Source of the DNA: Nitrosopumilus sp. | GTDB lineage: Archaea > Thermoproteota > Nitrososphaeria > Nitrososphaerales > Nitrosopumilaceae | Direction: 5' to 3' | DNA length: 64,000 nucleotides | Assembly (NCBI GenBank): GCA_965249555.1 | Contig: OZ252243.1 | Location: 160,001-224,000 of the forward strand | Shown: positions 54,611 to 64,000 of the stretch, piece by piece | Layout: each line of letters opens with the position of its first letter | Position numbering within the stretch: position 1 is the first letter of the stretch | Notes under the pieces: model-generated | The model's database searches: none | What the model was told of the DNA's origin: nothing | Seen by the model: the letters and a program-made list of their open reading frames with translations, nothing else | Translations under genes and position numbers: made by a program

Positions 54611-54973
54611 ATGTCATTAAGAAAAAATTCTGAAATCAAATCTATTCAAGGAGATGAAGGATCTAAAATTAAACAATACTTTCATCCACACAACACACTA
54701 AATGGAATTAATTATAGTATGGCACAATTTACGCTAGAACCAGGAAAGAAATCTAAACTTCACAAAATGAGTTCATCTGAGATCTACTATATTTTAGAGG
54801 GGAATGGAAAACTAGAGATCGAGGAAGAAGAATATCATCTTGAAAAAGATGATTCTGCATATGTTCCGCCAAATTCAAAGCAGTTTATTGAAAATACAGG
54901 ATCAACTAATTTGAGATTTTTGTGCATAGTTGAACCTGCATGGAAGGCAGATGATGAAATTTTGTTGGAATAA
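54611..54973 (+). CDS. Cupin-domain protein
   Basis: HKMSSSEIYYILEGNG...YVPPNSKQ. Confidence 0.85.
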   Translation: MSLRKNSEIKSIQGDEGSKIKQYFHPHNTLNGINYSMAQFTLEPGKKSKLHKMSSSEIYYILEGNGKLEIEEEEYHLEKDDSAYVPPNSKQFIENTGSTNLRFLCIVEPAWKADDEILLE

Positions 54974-55035
54974 AACGAGTTTAATGCTAAATTTTGTGCA
55001 ATTGTTTTTAACATATTACAAGTTATTGCTTCTTA

Positions 55036-55710
55036 GTGAACTCATATCAAGCACTCAAAGTACTGAATGTAAAACCAAACTCATCTCATGCGGAGATCAA
55101 GGCGGCTTATCGAAAGTTGGCACTAGAACTACACCCGGACAAAAATAAGGACAAAAATGAGGATTTGGAATTTAAAAAAATTACAGAGGCATATACACAC
55201 CTCAAGAAAAATTATAATCAAAATAGCAATTTACTAAATCAAGAATATACTGAAAGCAAATCAAACACAGACTTTAAGAGAAAATCCCAATGGGCAGCTC
55301 CCGAAGAGCAAAAAATTCCAGAACAAGACTGGGGCAAATATACTCGTGAATTTGAAGAGGATGACCCAAATTTTTGGAAAGAATATGAAGATAAATTCTG
55401 GAAAGATTACAATGCACGTATACGCCCAGACGGTAAAAATGGAGAATTTGATAAAGCAAAAGAGCCTAAAAAACAACCAACCATTTTTGTCGATGTAGAT
55501 GAAAGCTTGTGCATTGGTTGTTGCAGTTGTGAAACTATAGCACCGGAAGTTTTTGAAATAAATAAACAAAGTAGATCAAATCCCAAATCATCGGTAATCA
55601 ATCAAAAAGGAGCAGGCATAAACAAAATAATGAATGCCGCACAAACTTGCCCAACAAAAGCAATCAGAGTAGAGAATACAGTTACAAAAGAGAGATTATT
55701 TCCTTACTGA
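55036..55710 (+). CDS. DnaJ-ferredoxin fusion protein
   Basis: J-domain with HPD; CIGCCSC...CP ferredoxin motif. Confidence 0.92.
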   Translation: MNSYQALKVLNVKPNSSHAEIKAAYRKLALELHPDKNKDKNEDLEFKKITEAYTHLKKNYNQNSNLLNQEYTESKSNTDFKRKSQWAAPEEQKIPEQDWGKYTREFEEDDPNFWKEYEDKFWKDYNARIRPDGKNGEFDKAKEPKKQPTIFVDVDESLCIGCCSCETIAPEVFEINKQSRSNPKSSVINQKGAGINKIMNAAQTCPTKAIRVENTVTKERLFPY

Positions 55711-56120
55711 GATTGGATTTTTAATTTATTGCAAAGTTCTTCAATTTCAGATTCAGATAGTTTCAATGTAGAATCAAACATACTGTGTATGGTACCTGCA
55801 GAATCATCTGTACTTCGTGGCACTAGATGCACATGAACATGTGGAACTTCTTGTCCAGCTTCTTCTCCGTTATGTACGGCAACCAAAGTTGCACCAGTTA
55901 TAGCATCTACCTTAGAAATCATCAAGTGAACTAGTGAAAACAAATCAGTATTTTCTTCATTACTCATGTCTTGGATTTTTTTATGATGATTCTTTGGAAT
56001 CACAAGTACATGGCCCTTTGCAAGAGGGAAGGCATCTAAAAAAGATATAGAGTTTGAGGTTTCCTTGAGAATTTTTGCTGGGATATCGCCTGCAATAATT
56101 TTACAAAAAATACAGTCCAT
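55704..56120 (-). CDS. HIT-family nucleotide hydrolase
   Basis: CIFCKII, HVHVH triad. Confidence 0.95.
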   Translation of the reverse strand: MDCIFCKIIAGDIPAKILKETSNSISFLDAFPLAKGHVLVIPKNHHKKIQDMSNEENTDLFSLVHLMISKVDAITGATLVAVHNGEEAGQEVPHVHVHLVPRSTDDSAGTIHSMFDSTLKLSESEIEELCNKLKIQSQ

Positions 56121-56158
56121 TGTATTTCATCAGATTTTTTAAAATATTAAACCATCGA

Positions 56159-56438
56159 TTAGGGGGTAACAATGCTTGCCCATGCAAGATCCTTGCCAAA
56201 CTTTATAGTTGTTTTATCACCTGGGTTGAGAGTGTAATTTTTGATTATCTTTGGAACATCATCCATAGTCTCAACATAGCAAATACCGGTCATCATTTGT
56301 TAATATCACTACATCTTCAAAGACATCTTCACGAATTAGATGCCAAAATGGGAAGACAATAGTCGATAGAGCAATTCCTGCAACTAAAAATGCACCTCCA
56401 AAAACTAAACCAGCCTTTTGACTTGAGCTGAGTTCCAT
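56159..56438 (-). pseudogene. Small membrane protein with a single +1 frameshift
   Basis: MELSSSQKAGLVFGG...TNDD continues as GICYVETMDDVPKIIK...SIVTP if one C at ~56287 is removed; may be an assembly error. Confidence 0.55.
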
Positions 56439-56439
56439 T

Positions 56440-56607
56440 TTACCACAGACCACCGTCACCTGAATTTGGATCTAATTTCTTTTCAGGAACGTTGCCATGT
56501 GCTTTTTTCATATGTCTTTTCAAACGCTCAGGATCATGTAATTCAGTGCCGCATTTTTCACATTTTGTTTGGTTTTCCTTCTCTTTGTTACGTTTGAACA
56601 AACCCAT
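56440..56607 (-). CDS. C2H2 zinc-finger protein (55 aa)
   Basis: CEKCGTELHDPERLKRHMKKAH. Confidence 0.8.
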   Translation of the reverse strand: MGLFKRNKEKENQTKCEKCGTELHDPERLKRHMKKAHGNVPEKKLDPNSGDGGLW

Positions 56608-56661
56608 TAACTGATAACATTTTGAAATACATTATAAAGGATGCTCAATTTTTGAAAAACT

Positions 56662-57801
56662 GTGACAGTAAAAAACATCACAGTTTTGGGTTCCGGTGTT
56701 ATGGGACATGGAATTGCTCAGGTTTCAGCAACTGCAGGATACAATGTAGTGTTACGAGACATCAAACAAGAATTTTTGGACAAAGCCATGGAGAAAGTAA
56801 AATGGAGCATAGATAAACTAGTTTCAAAAGAAAAAATTTCAAAAGAAGAAGGTGATGCGATTTTTGCAAGAATCAAACCAGTCATAGATTTGAATGAAGC
56901 AGTAAAAGATGCAGAACTAGTCATTGAGGTAGTTCCAGAAATTATGGATTTAAAGAAAAGAGTCTATGCAGAATTGGATAAAGCAGCGGCACCAGAAGTG
57001 GTCTTTGCATCAAATACAAGCACACTACCAATTACTGAAATAGCAAATACAACATCACGACCTGAAAAATTCATAGGAATTCATTTTTTCAATCCACCAC
57101 AATTAATGAAACTAGTAGAGATAATTCCAGGAGAAAAAACATCACAAGAAATAATTGATTTGACTCAAGAATATGTAAAATCAGTTAACAAGACAGCAGT
57201 GATATGCAGAAAGGACGTTCCAGGGTTCATTATCAACAGATTATTCATTCCGATGGTCCATGAAGCCTGTTACCTAAAAGATAGAACAGGTGCAACGCTT
57301 GAAGAAATTGATTCTGCATTCAAATTCAAATTAGGATTTCCAATGGGTATCTTTGAATTGGCAGATTTTACAGGAATGGATGTAATTCACAAAGCTACTG
57401 TAGAGATGCATCTACGTGACAAAAAAGTAATCAATCCTCATCCACTAGTTGAAAAAATGTTTGATGCAAAAAAACTCGGACAGAAATCAGGAGAAGGGTA
57501 TTACAAATATTCAGAGGATAAATACGAAAGAGTTGCACTATCAGAGGAATTAGCGGCAAAATGTGATCCAATACAGATTGTTGCCAACATACTAAACAAC
57601 GCAGCATGGCTTGTTACAAATGGTGCAAGCGACATAGAAGAGATTGAGAAAGCAGCTCAGTTAGGGCTAGGACTCAAAAAGCCATTATTTGAAACAGCAA
57701 AAGAGATGGGCATCAAAAAAATTGTTGACGAGCTAAACAAGCTTGCTGAAGAACATGGTGAGTTTTACAAGCCAGATCCGCTACTAGTCTCTATGCAGTA
57801 A
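56662..57801 (+). CDS. 3-hydroxyacyl-CoA dehydrogenase (probable 3HP/4HB-cycle 3-hydroxybutyryl-CoA dehydrogenase)
   Basis: GSGVMG NAD motif, ASNTS, HFFNPP, PGFIINR. Confidence 0.92.
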   Translation: MTVKNITVLGSGVMGHGIAQVSATAGYNVVLRDIKQEFLDKAMEKVKWSIDKLVSKEKISKEEGDAIFARIKPVIDLNEAVKDAELVIEVVPEIMDLKKRVYAELDKAAAPEVVFASNTSTLPITEIANTTSRPEKFIGIHFFNPPQLMKLVEIIPGEKTSQEIIDLTQEYVKSVNKTAVICRKDVPGFIINRLFIPMVHEACYLKDRTGATLEEIDSAFKFKLGFPMGIFELADFTGMDVIHKATVEMHLRDKKVINPHPLVEKMFDAKKLGQKSGEGYYKYSEDKYERVALSEELAAKCDPIQIVANILNNAAWLVTNGASDIEEIEKAAQLGLGLKKPLFETAKEMGIKKIVDELNKLAEEHGEFYKPDPLLVSMQ

Positions 57802-57978
57802 TTAGGCAAATTAGAGAATTTTTAATTTATTCATCAGATGATCTTCTGCTTGGCCTAACTGGTACAAAGAATCGCATCTTACTTCCAATCATAGATTCAT
57901 TACGTCAAATCAGCCCATAAAGAAGGAGGGGTCGAGACATAACTAGATCCAAAACGGAATAAATAATCACAGATAGTG

Positions 57979-58590
57979 TTAACTCGAATCCTTTTGAGCC
58001 ATTCTTAAAGCCTCACCACTTTTAATTTTATTAAAATCATCAAGGATTTCGGCATCAGTTGATTCTGTGTCTTTGTTGGATGATGTAGAAATTAATTCTA
58101 AAATTTTCTTTACTGCATCTTGAGGTGTGTCAACTCCAATAATTTTGATGTTTTCTCTATGATCAAGAAAACCGTCAATGTATTGTTCAATAGAACCTCC
58201 AATGTTTCTGATTGCAACCATTGGTTTTTTGTACATATATGCAGCACATACTTCTGATAAAGTACCAGAACCGCCACCTACAATAATTATTCCATCAGCA
58301 CTTAATGCATTTAGAAAGTCACGGGCAAGTCCCATGCCAGTTGGAATTACAATGTCACAGAATTGATTAGCCAATGTAGCATCATCTTGAGGAATTATTC
58401 CCACAGTCAAGCCATTTGCATCATGAGCACCATGTGATGCAGCTTTCATCACTCCTCCCAATCCACCAGTTATCAGAACAGAGCCAGATTTTGCAATATG
58501 TTCTCCAACATCGTATGCAATCTTTTCATGTTTTGGCGTACATCCATTGATATTATTACCAATAACTAAGATCTGATGTTTCTTTGTCAT
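57979..58590 (-). CDS. TIGR00725/LOG (SLOG) family protein
   Basis: TGGLGGVMKAA, GGGSGTLSE. Confidence 0.85.
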   Translation of the reverse strand: MTKKHQILVIGNNINGCTPKHEKIAYDVGEHIAKSGSVLITGGLGGVMKAASHGAHDANGLTVGIIPQDDATLANQFCDIVIPTGMGLARDFLNALSADGIIIVGGGSGTLSEVCAAYMYKKPMVAIRNIGGSIEQYIDGFLDHRENIKIIGVDTPQDAVKKILELISTSSNKDTESTDAEILDDFNKIKSGEALRMAQKDSS

Positions 58591-58841
58591 TCATTTTCTC
58601 CTTCACGAATTAATTTGAGCTTTTTGGTAAGAAGACTTTGGAATGTTATTTCCATTGGTGTTGATGAATGTTTAATTATTTTCTGACTTTGTATTATTTC
58701 ATTTTCCAGTCTTTCCCGTATTGCCTGATCAGATAAGATTTGACGTTTTAATGAGATTGCTTGCTTTTGGCCACTAGTGTATATTTGAATCCAGCAATAG
58801 CCAGTTTGACTGTCATCAATGTCTATTTCAGTTATTTTCAT
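58587..58841 (-). CDS. Hypothetical protein
   Basis: 84-aa ORF coupled to the downstream gene. Confidence 0.6.
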   Translation of the reverse strand: MKITEIDIDDSQTGYCWIQIYTSGQKQAISLKRQILSDQAIRERLENEIIQSQKIIKHSSTPMEITFQSLLTKKLKLIREGENE

Positions 58842-58874
58842 ATTAGAATTATGAGATATTTGCTTTTTAGGGTT

Positions 58875-59279
58875 TTAATTTTTTTTAGAAGGTAAATTGG
58901 AATTATTGTATAAAATCACACATACAAAAATACCCTTACCTGAAATGGCCTGCGCACTATGTTGCATTCCCTTTGGAATGAATATGGTTGAAGGTGATGC
59001 CACCTCGTATGATTCATCTTCTAATTGTATATCATATGTCAAGCTAGAATCTTCAGATAGTATCAAATTAATCTCATCATGATCATGTTTGTGTAATTCG
59101 CTATATTTTGGAAGAACCGCAGAGGCATCAACAAAGTGAACTGCAATGTGTGTGTCTGATTGAGGAATCAAAGTTTTGTTCAGCATTGATAATCGTTTGA
59201 TTGGAGCCTTGCTATGAAAAGGAACTTTGTCAAGTGATTCAATAACTCCTTTTTTGATAAATTTTTGATATTTATTCAC
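58875..59279 (-). CDS. Cupin-fold protein
   Basis: LHKHDHDE...FIPKGMQH. Confidence 0.75.
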   Translation of the reverse strand: MNKYQKFIKKGVIESLDKVPFHSKAPIKRLSMLNKTLIPQSDTHIAVHFVDASAVLPKYSELHKHDHDEINLILSEDSSLTYDIQLEDESYEVASPSTIFIPKGMQHSAQAISGKGIFVCVILYNNSNLPSKKN

Positions 59280-59311
59280 AAATCAATTGGTCATTCTATC
59301 AATTATATCAG

Positions 59312-60052
59312 TTGTCCATCCGTGATCATATAAGCAACAAAGTCCAAATAACACCATTGCAAGTAGATAGAACTTCAGAATGGTTTGTTCCAAAATTTGG
59401 CTCTAAAAGATTTCGAATCGGTATAGGGATTTTGTTTTTGCCATACACAAGTATTGTTACATGCTTTGCCGCATTAGGAGCAATTTCAGGACCACTACAA
59501 TTAGAACGGGTTGCAGCAATTTGTGTGATTTACATTTTAGCACTTGGAATTGGTGCGCATCTGCTTGATGCTGTAGGAGGTAAAACAAAACCTTGGGGAG
59601 ATCTACCAAAAAGAAAGATTGGAGTTATGGCATTGGGTGCTGTAAGCATTGCGTTTTCTGTTGGAATTTATTTTGCATTTTTAGATTCTCCTTGGCTTTT
59701 TCCAATAGGGATTATTGAAGGGTTTTTCCTATTTGCATATAGTCTAGAACTCTTTGGAGGTAAATTTCACAATAATATATCAACAGTATTTTCATGGGGC
59801 ATTCTACCTGTTTTTGCAGGTTCTGTTATCCAGACAAATTCAATTACAATGGAGACGGTAATTATTGCCACAATTACGGCACTAGTTACCTATGCATTGA
59901 TAAAAACATCCAGACAATACAAACTGCTCAAAAGAGACAATGGAGATATACACATCATCAAAAAGAAAGAGCGTATTTTAAAATTAATTACAGTCGGAGT
60001 TGTTGTATCAACTATCATTTTTTTCATTGCAAGATATTATAATTTGGTTTGA
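59312..60052 (+). CDS. Polytopic membrane protein (UbiA-like fold possible)
   Basis: ~7 TM segments, AHLLDAV motif. Confidence 0.65.
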   Translation: MSIRDHISNKVQITPLQVDRTSEWFVPKFGSKRFRIGIGILFLPYTSIVTCFAALGAISGPLQLERVAAICVIYILALGIGAHLLDAVGGKTKPWGDLPKRKIGVMALGAVSIAFSVGIYFAFLDSPWLFPIGIIEGFFLFAYSLELFGGKFHNNISTVFSWGILPVFAGSVIQTNSITMETVIIATITALVTYALIKTSRQYKLLKRDNGDIHIIKKKERILKLITVGVVVSTIIFFIARYYNLV

Positions 60053-60156
60053 GTAATTAGAAAGCCAGATAAATGGAGAATATTGAAAATACGGATCATA
60101 CAAAAAAGACTCGTTCTGAGAGTAAAGGATATTAGTTAATTATACAAACAATATTC

Positions 60157-60279
60157 ATGGAAAGACGCTCAATGCCAGTATGTTTTACTAAAAAACAATA
60201 CAAAATGATCGAAGAATTCGCCAAGAAAAATGGCATGCTTAATGCAAGTCAAGCTCTTGAAAAAATCTTAAACAATTAA
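60157..60279 (+). CDS. Small ribbon-helix-helix (CopG-like) protein
   Basis: MERRSMPVCFTKKQYKMIEEFAKKNGMLNASQALEKILNN. Confidence 0.6.
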   Translation: MERRSMPVCFTKKQYKMIEEFAKKNGMLNASQALEKILNN

Positions 60280-60395
60280 GTGATTTTTGTTATTTTTATC
60301 TTTCACTGATTAACGTAAGTTATGTCTCAGTTCACTCTGATCATTTCTTTTTTATTACATTTAATAGATTAAATTATTTAAAATCTCATAGAGAC

Positions 60396-60806
60396 ATGGG
60401 ACTGTTCAGTAAAAAACCATCATTTTGTGCCGTATGCAACAAAGAGCTAACTCACAAACACAAACCAAAAAAAGAGTGGAATATAGACGGTCGACTTTGC
60501 GGGGATTGTCATTTTGATAAATCAAAGGAATACTATGAAGGAACAATAAGACAGCCATGTGTAGAATGTAAAACAACCAGAAAAATTACAGATTTGTGGG
60601 AACCCAGATGGCAATGGGACATGCAAGGTTTGTTATGCAAAGAATGCTTTGACAAAAAAGAAAAAACCCATACTAAAAAGAAAAATTTCTGTGCATTATG
60701 TGGTGGAAAGATGGGACTGATCAGATATAATGCAAAAGGAGATTGGAAGATTGAAGGTCAACTTTGCAGAACTTGCTGGGATGAAAAGAAAGCAGAGTTT
60801 GGATAA
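60396..60806 (+). CDS. Cys-rich protein with three CxxC...LCxxC repeats
   Basis: Repeated W.I.G.LC..C units. Confidence 0.8.
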   Translation: MGLFSKKPSFCAVCNKELTHKHKPKKEWNIDGRLCGDCHFDKSKEYYEGTIRQPCVECKTTRKITDLWEPRWQWDMQGLLCKECFDKKEKTHTKKKNFCALCGGKMGLIRYNAKGDWKIEGQLCRTCWDEKKAEFG

Positions 60807-60808
60807 AA

Positions 60809-61006
60809 GTGGGTTTTTTTAATAAAAGTAAATGTGACATTTGTAACAAAAAATTTTCAAAAGAAGAAGAGATGATGAATCATAAACAAATTATTCATGG
60901 AAAAGATTTGCAATACGACTGTAAAGAATGCAACAAATATTTCTCAAACATGGAAGATATGAGAACACATTTGCAAAGAGAGCACAGTTACAAAAAAGAC
61001 AGATAG
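60809..61006 (+). CDS. Double C2H2 zinc-finger protein
   Basis: CDIC...H...H and CKEC...H....H. Confidence 0.85.
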   Translation: MGFFNKSKCDICNKKFSKEEEMMNHKQIIHGKDLQYDCKECNKYFSNMEDMRTHLQREHSYKKDR

Positions 61007-61216
61007 TTAGACTGCTTTTACTGTTTTTACTACAGGAGGTCTTACTTTAGTAAAGACTCTGAATCCACATATACATTTGATTTCAGGTAAGCGAGACAGG
61101 TCAGTGTTGGAAACATTAGTTGCACACCTAAGACAAGAGTAAATTACATCAAATGCCTCAACAGGGGTTTCTTCAACAGGGGTTTCTTCAATAGAATCTG
61201 AGTTTTCTTCAACCAT
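61007..61216 (-). CDS. rpo12: RNA polymerase subunit Rpo12 (RpoP)
   Basis: YSCLRC...IKCICGFRVFTKVRPPVVK. Confidence 0.9.
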   Translation of the reverse strand: MVEENSDSIEETPVEETPVEAFDVIYSCLRCATNVSNTDLSRLPEIKCICGFRVFTKVRPPVVKTVKAV

Positions 61217-61254
61217 ATTTATCATCAAAATTTCGATAATTTAAGGATACCAGA

Positions 61255-61563
61255 TTACGTCAGGGACAATTCAATGTAGACATCATCAGGAATGTGGAGC
61301 CTCATTAGTTGTCTAATTGCTTTATCATCAGCATTAATGTTAATTATTCTTCTATGCATTCTCATTTCCCATTTCTCATAGGTTTCAGTGCCACTGCCAC
61401 AAGGGGATTTTCTAGTAGCAATATGTAATCTTTTGACAGGAAGTGGAGTAGGACCTTTTACTTTAACACCAGTTTTTTTACCGATTCCCATGATTTCTCC
61501 ACAAACACCATCTAATTTTTTTAAACTGGTAGATGTGAGTTTTACACGGGCGGTTTGTGTCAT
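61255..61563 (-). CDS. rps10: 30S ribosomal protein uS10
   Basis: KGPTPLP, RKSPCGSG, MRMHRRII; start at MTQTAR. Confidence 0.97.
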   Translation of the reverse strand: MTQTARVKLTSTSLKKLDGVCGEIMGIGKKTGVKVKGPTPLPVKRLHIATRKSPCGSGTETYEKWEMRMHRRIININADDKAIRQLMRLHIPDDVYIELSLT

Positions 61564-61573
61564 GAAAATCTGC

Positions 61574-62872
61574 CTATGGTTTGAACTCTTCAGTAATTTC
61601 TTTAACGATACCTGCTGCGATTGTCGCACCCATATCTCTAAGAGCGAATCTGCCCATTTCAGGAAAATCTTTGAAAGTTTCGATACAAGTTGGTCTTACA
61701 GGTCTAATTTTTACAATTGCAGAATCACCAACTTTTAGGAACTTTGGATTTTCTTCCTCAACTGCACCGGTTGCTGGATTGATCTTTTGGAGGAATTCAG
61801 TAACAGTTGCCGCAACTTGTGTAGTGTGTGCATGCATAACTGGTGTATATCCAGGAGCAATTGCTGTTGGGTGGTGAATAACTATAATTTGTGCTTTGAA
61901 TTCTTTTGCAACCATTGGTGGTTTATCAGGACTTCCAAGTACATCGCCCCGCTTGATATCTTTCTTTTCAATACCTCTAAGATTGAAACCAATGTTATCG
62001 CCTGCTTCTGCAGTTGGCATTTCTGTGTGGTGTGTTTCAATTGATTTAATTTCACCAAGAGCGCCAGAAGGCATTACAATTATTTTCTCGCCTGCTTTCA
62101 TAGTTCCGGTTTCAACTCTACCTACAGGTACTGTACCTACGCCAGTAATGGTGTAAACATCTTGAATTGGGACACGTAGTGGTTTACCAGTTGGTTTGTC
62201 GGGTACAGTAAAGTCATCAAATGCTTCAAGTAGTGTCTTTCCTGCATACCATGACATGTTCTCAGATTTTTTAACTAAATTGTCTCCTTTCCATCCAGAA
62301 ACTGGGATAATTGCTACATTGTCCAGTTTGTAACCTACAGATTTTATCAATTTTTCACCTTTTTCTTTGGCTGCTTTGAATGCGTCCTCTTTGTAATCAA
62401 CTGCATCCATTTTATTGATTGCAACAATTAGTTGGCCTACACCGAGTGTTTTTAGTAAGAATGCGTGCTCTCTTGCTTGTCCACCTGCTGCAATTGCAGT
62501 ATCAGTTTCACCTTCTTTTGCTGAAAGCACCAAGATAGCAGCATCTGCTTCAGAAGCGCCAGTAATCATATTTTTAATAAAGTCCCTGTGGCCAGGTGCG
62601 TCAATTAATGTAAAGAAATACTTTGCAGATTCAAACTTTTGGAAAGCAAGATCAATAGTAATACCTCTTTCTCTTTCATCTTTGATATTATCCATAACCC
62701 ATGCGTACTTGAAAGTATCACCCTTTCCGGTCTTTTCAGATTCAACTGCATGTGCTGCAATTGTTCTTTCATCTACAACTCCTAAATCCATCAAGAAATG
62801 ACCCATAGTTGTTGATTTACCGTTATCAATGTGACCAGTAACAATCATGTTCAAGTGTGGTTTGTCTGCCAT
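61574..62872 (-). CDS. tuf: Translation elongation factor EF-1 alpha
   Basis: GHIDNGKST, ERERGITID, DAPGHRDF, NKMD. Confidence 0.98.
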   Translation of the reverse strand: MADKPHLNMIVTGHIDNGKSTTMGHFLMDLGVVDERTIAAHAVESEKTGKGDTFKYAWVMDNIKDERERGITIDLAFQKFESAKYFFTLIDAPGHRDFIKNMITGASEADAAILVLSAKEGETDTAIAAGGQAREHAFLLKTLGVGQLIVAINKMDAVDYKEDAFKAAKEKGEKLIKSVGYKLDNVAIIPVSGWKGDNLVKKSENMSWYAGKTLLEAFDDFTVPDKPTGKPLRVPIQDVYTITGVGTVPVGRVETGTMKAGEKIIVMPSGALGEIKSIETHHTEMPTAEAGDNIGFNLRGIEKKDIKRGDVLGSPDKPPMVAKEFKAQIIVIHHPTAIAPGYTPVMHAHTTQVAATVTEFLQKINPATGAVEEENPKFLKVGDSAIVKIRPVRPTCIETFKDFPEMGRFALRDMGATIAAGIVKEITEEFKP

Positions 62873-63002
62873 ATGGACTGCCTCTCATAGGTCATTTATT
62901 AGCGTTATGAATTTTTGAAAAAAACTATACTTTTTTTCAATTTATTTCAGATCTTATTACTTTGTCAAAAGCACATAAATCAAAGAGATAAAAAGAGAAA
63001 TT

Positions 63003-64000
63003 ATGAAGATTACGGTTTCAGTTATCAAAGCAGATGTCGGCGGAGTTGGCGGACATACAAAACCAAGTGATGCTTTAATTGAAGCAGTAAGAGATACGGT
63101 AAAAAATTCAGCAGATCTACTAATTGATCATTACATTGGGTATTGCGGAGATGATGTCCACATTGTAATGTCTCATACACATGGAGTGGATAACCAACAA
63201 ATTCACAAACTGGCTTGGGACGCATTCATGGCAGGAACACAAGTTGCCAAAGAAGAGGGGCTTTATGGAGCAGGACAAGATTTACTGAAAGATTCTTTTT
63301 CAGGAAATGTAAAAGGCATGGGTCCGGGGGTTGCAGAATTAGAATTTGAAGAAAGAGCAAATGAGGCATTCACAGTATTTGCAGCAGACAAAACAGAGCC
63401 TGGAGCATTCAACTATCCAATTTACAGAATGTTTGTAGATGCATTAAGTAACACAGGTTTGATTGTAAACAAGTCACTTGCTAGTGGTGTGAAGATAAAC
63501 ATAATGGATGTAGAGCAAGGAACAATTGCTGAGCTTGAATTGTGGCAAGACAAGCCAACTATCGAAGCTGCATTAATGTATCCGGGAAGATATGTTGTTG
63601 ATTCAGTTAATACTAAAGATGGGGAACCAATTCTTGCAGCATCAACTGACAGATTACATAACATTGCCGGAACATATGTTGGAAAAGATGATCCAATATG
63701 CCTAATCAGAACACAAAAGAATTTTCCAGCTACAGAAGAGGTTGGAAGTGTATTTAATAATCCACATTATGTAGCAGGAAACACAAGAGGCAGTCACAAT
63801 ATGCCACTAATGCCTGTAAAACTAAACTCTCCAGCAACGATCAATTTCTGTATTCCAATTGTTGAGGCACTAGTGTTTAGTATGCACAATGGAAAGTTTA
63901 CGGGTCCATTTGACGGATTCTCAACTCCAGACTGGGATTACATAAGAGAGATTGCAACAAAGAAAGCAATGGCAATTAGAAGTCAAGGATTCATTCATCC
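63003..64000 (+). CDS. fbp: Fructose-1,6-bisphosphate aldolase/phosphatase (runs off the window end)
   Basis: MKITVSVIKADVGGVGGH...GDD...GLYGAGQDLL...ADKTEPGAFN...YVGKDDP; absent from the ORF track because there is no stop in the window. Confidence 0.95.
   Translation, partial: MKITVSVIKADVGGVGGHTKPSDALIEAVRDTVKNSADLLIDHYIGYCGDDVHIVMSHTHGVDNQQIHKLAWDAFMAGTQVAKEEGLYGAGQDLLKDSFSGNVKGMGPGVAELEFEERANEAFTVFAADKTEPGAFNYPIYRMFVDALSNTGLIVNKSLASGVKINIMDVEQGTIAELELWQDKPTIEAALMYPGRYVVDSVNTKDGEPILAASTDRLHNIAGTYVGKDDPICLIRTQKNFPATEEVGSVFNNPHYVAGNTRGSHNMPLMPVKLNSPATINFCIPIVEALVFSMHNGKFTGPFDGFSTPDWDYIREIATKKAMAIRSQGFIH

Noticed and set aside
55036-55710. DnaJ-ferredoxin fusion as a novelty
   Set aside because: Already a known thaumarchaeal protein family
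56159-56438. Programmed frameshifting here and at 10959..11088
   Set aside because: No slippery site; simple indels or assembly errors explain both
57840-57960. Possible ncRNA between convergent core genes
   Set aside because: No recognisable family motif or stable structure by eye

Overview
AT-rich archaeal chromosome segment from an ammonia-oxidising thaumarchaeote (Nitrosopumilaceae-like, judged from the 16S/23S sequence, TFB, PhaEC, DnaJ-ferredoxin and FBP aldolase/phosphatase). It has three parts. (1) ~1-11 kb is core: birA, tfb, a PHA cluster, msrA. (2) ~11-45 kb is a decaying accessory/defence island abutting the 3' end of the rRNA operon. It holds IS110, IS630 and IS6-like remnants, Kiwa, hicAB, a tyrosine recombinase, a type I R-M locus, an SDH protease, a split HEPN gene, an extra TBP, a ParB-like gene and an odd tRNA. 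(3) ~45-64 kb is core: 23S-16S rRNA on the minus strand, hemL, rpo12-rps10-EF1a, fbp. Best leads: (a) a type I R-M locus with two inverted hsdS genes carrying two matched pairs of 11-6-11 bp dyad sites with pair-specific spacers, next to a tyrosine recombinase (candidate archaeal hsdS shufflon); (b) an IS110/IS1111-type element whose 3' non-coding RNA has guide segments matching donor and target, with one guide base co-varying with the flank between two copies; (c) an operon pairing an HPD-less J-domain protein with an Hsp70 whose lid is replaced by a HExxH metallopeptidase; (d) a serine-type tRNA body with a Phe (GAA) anticodon. All calls come from reading the sequence; no searches were run.
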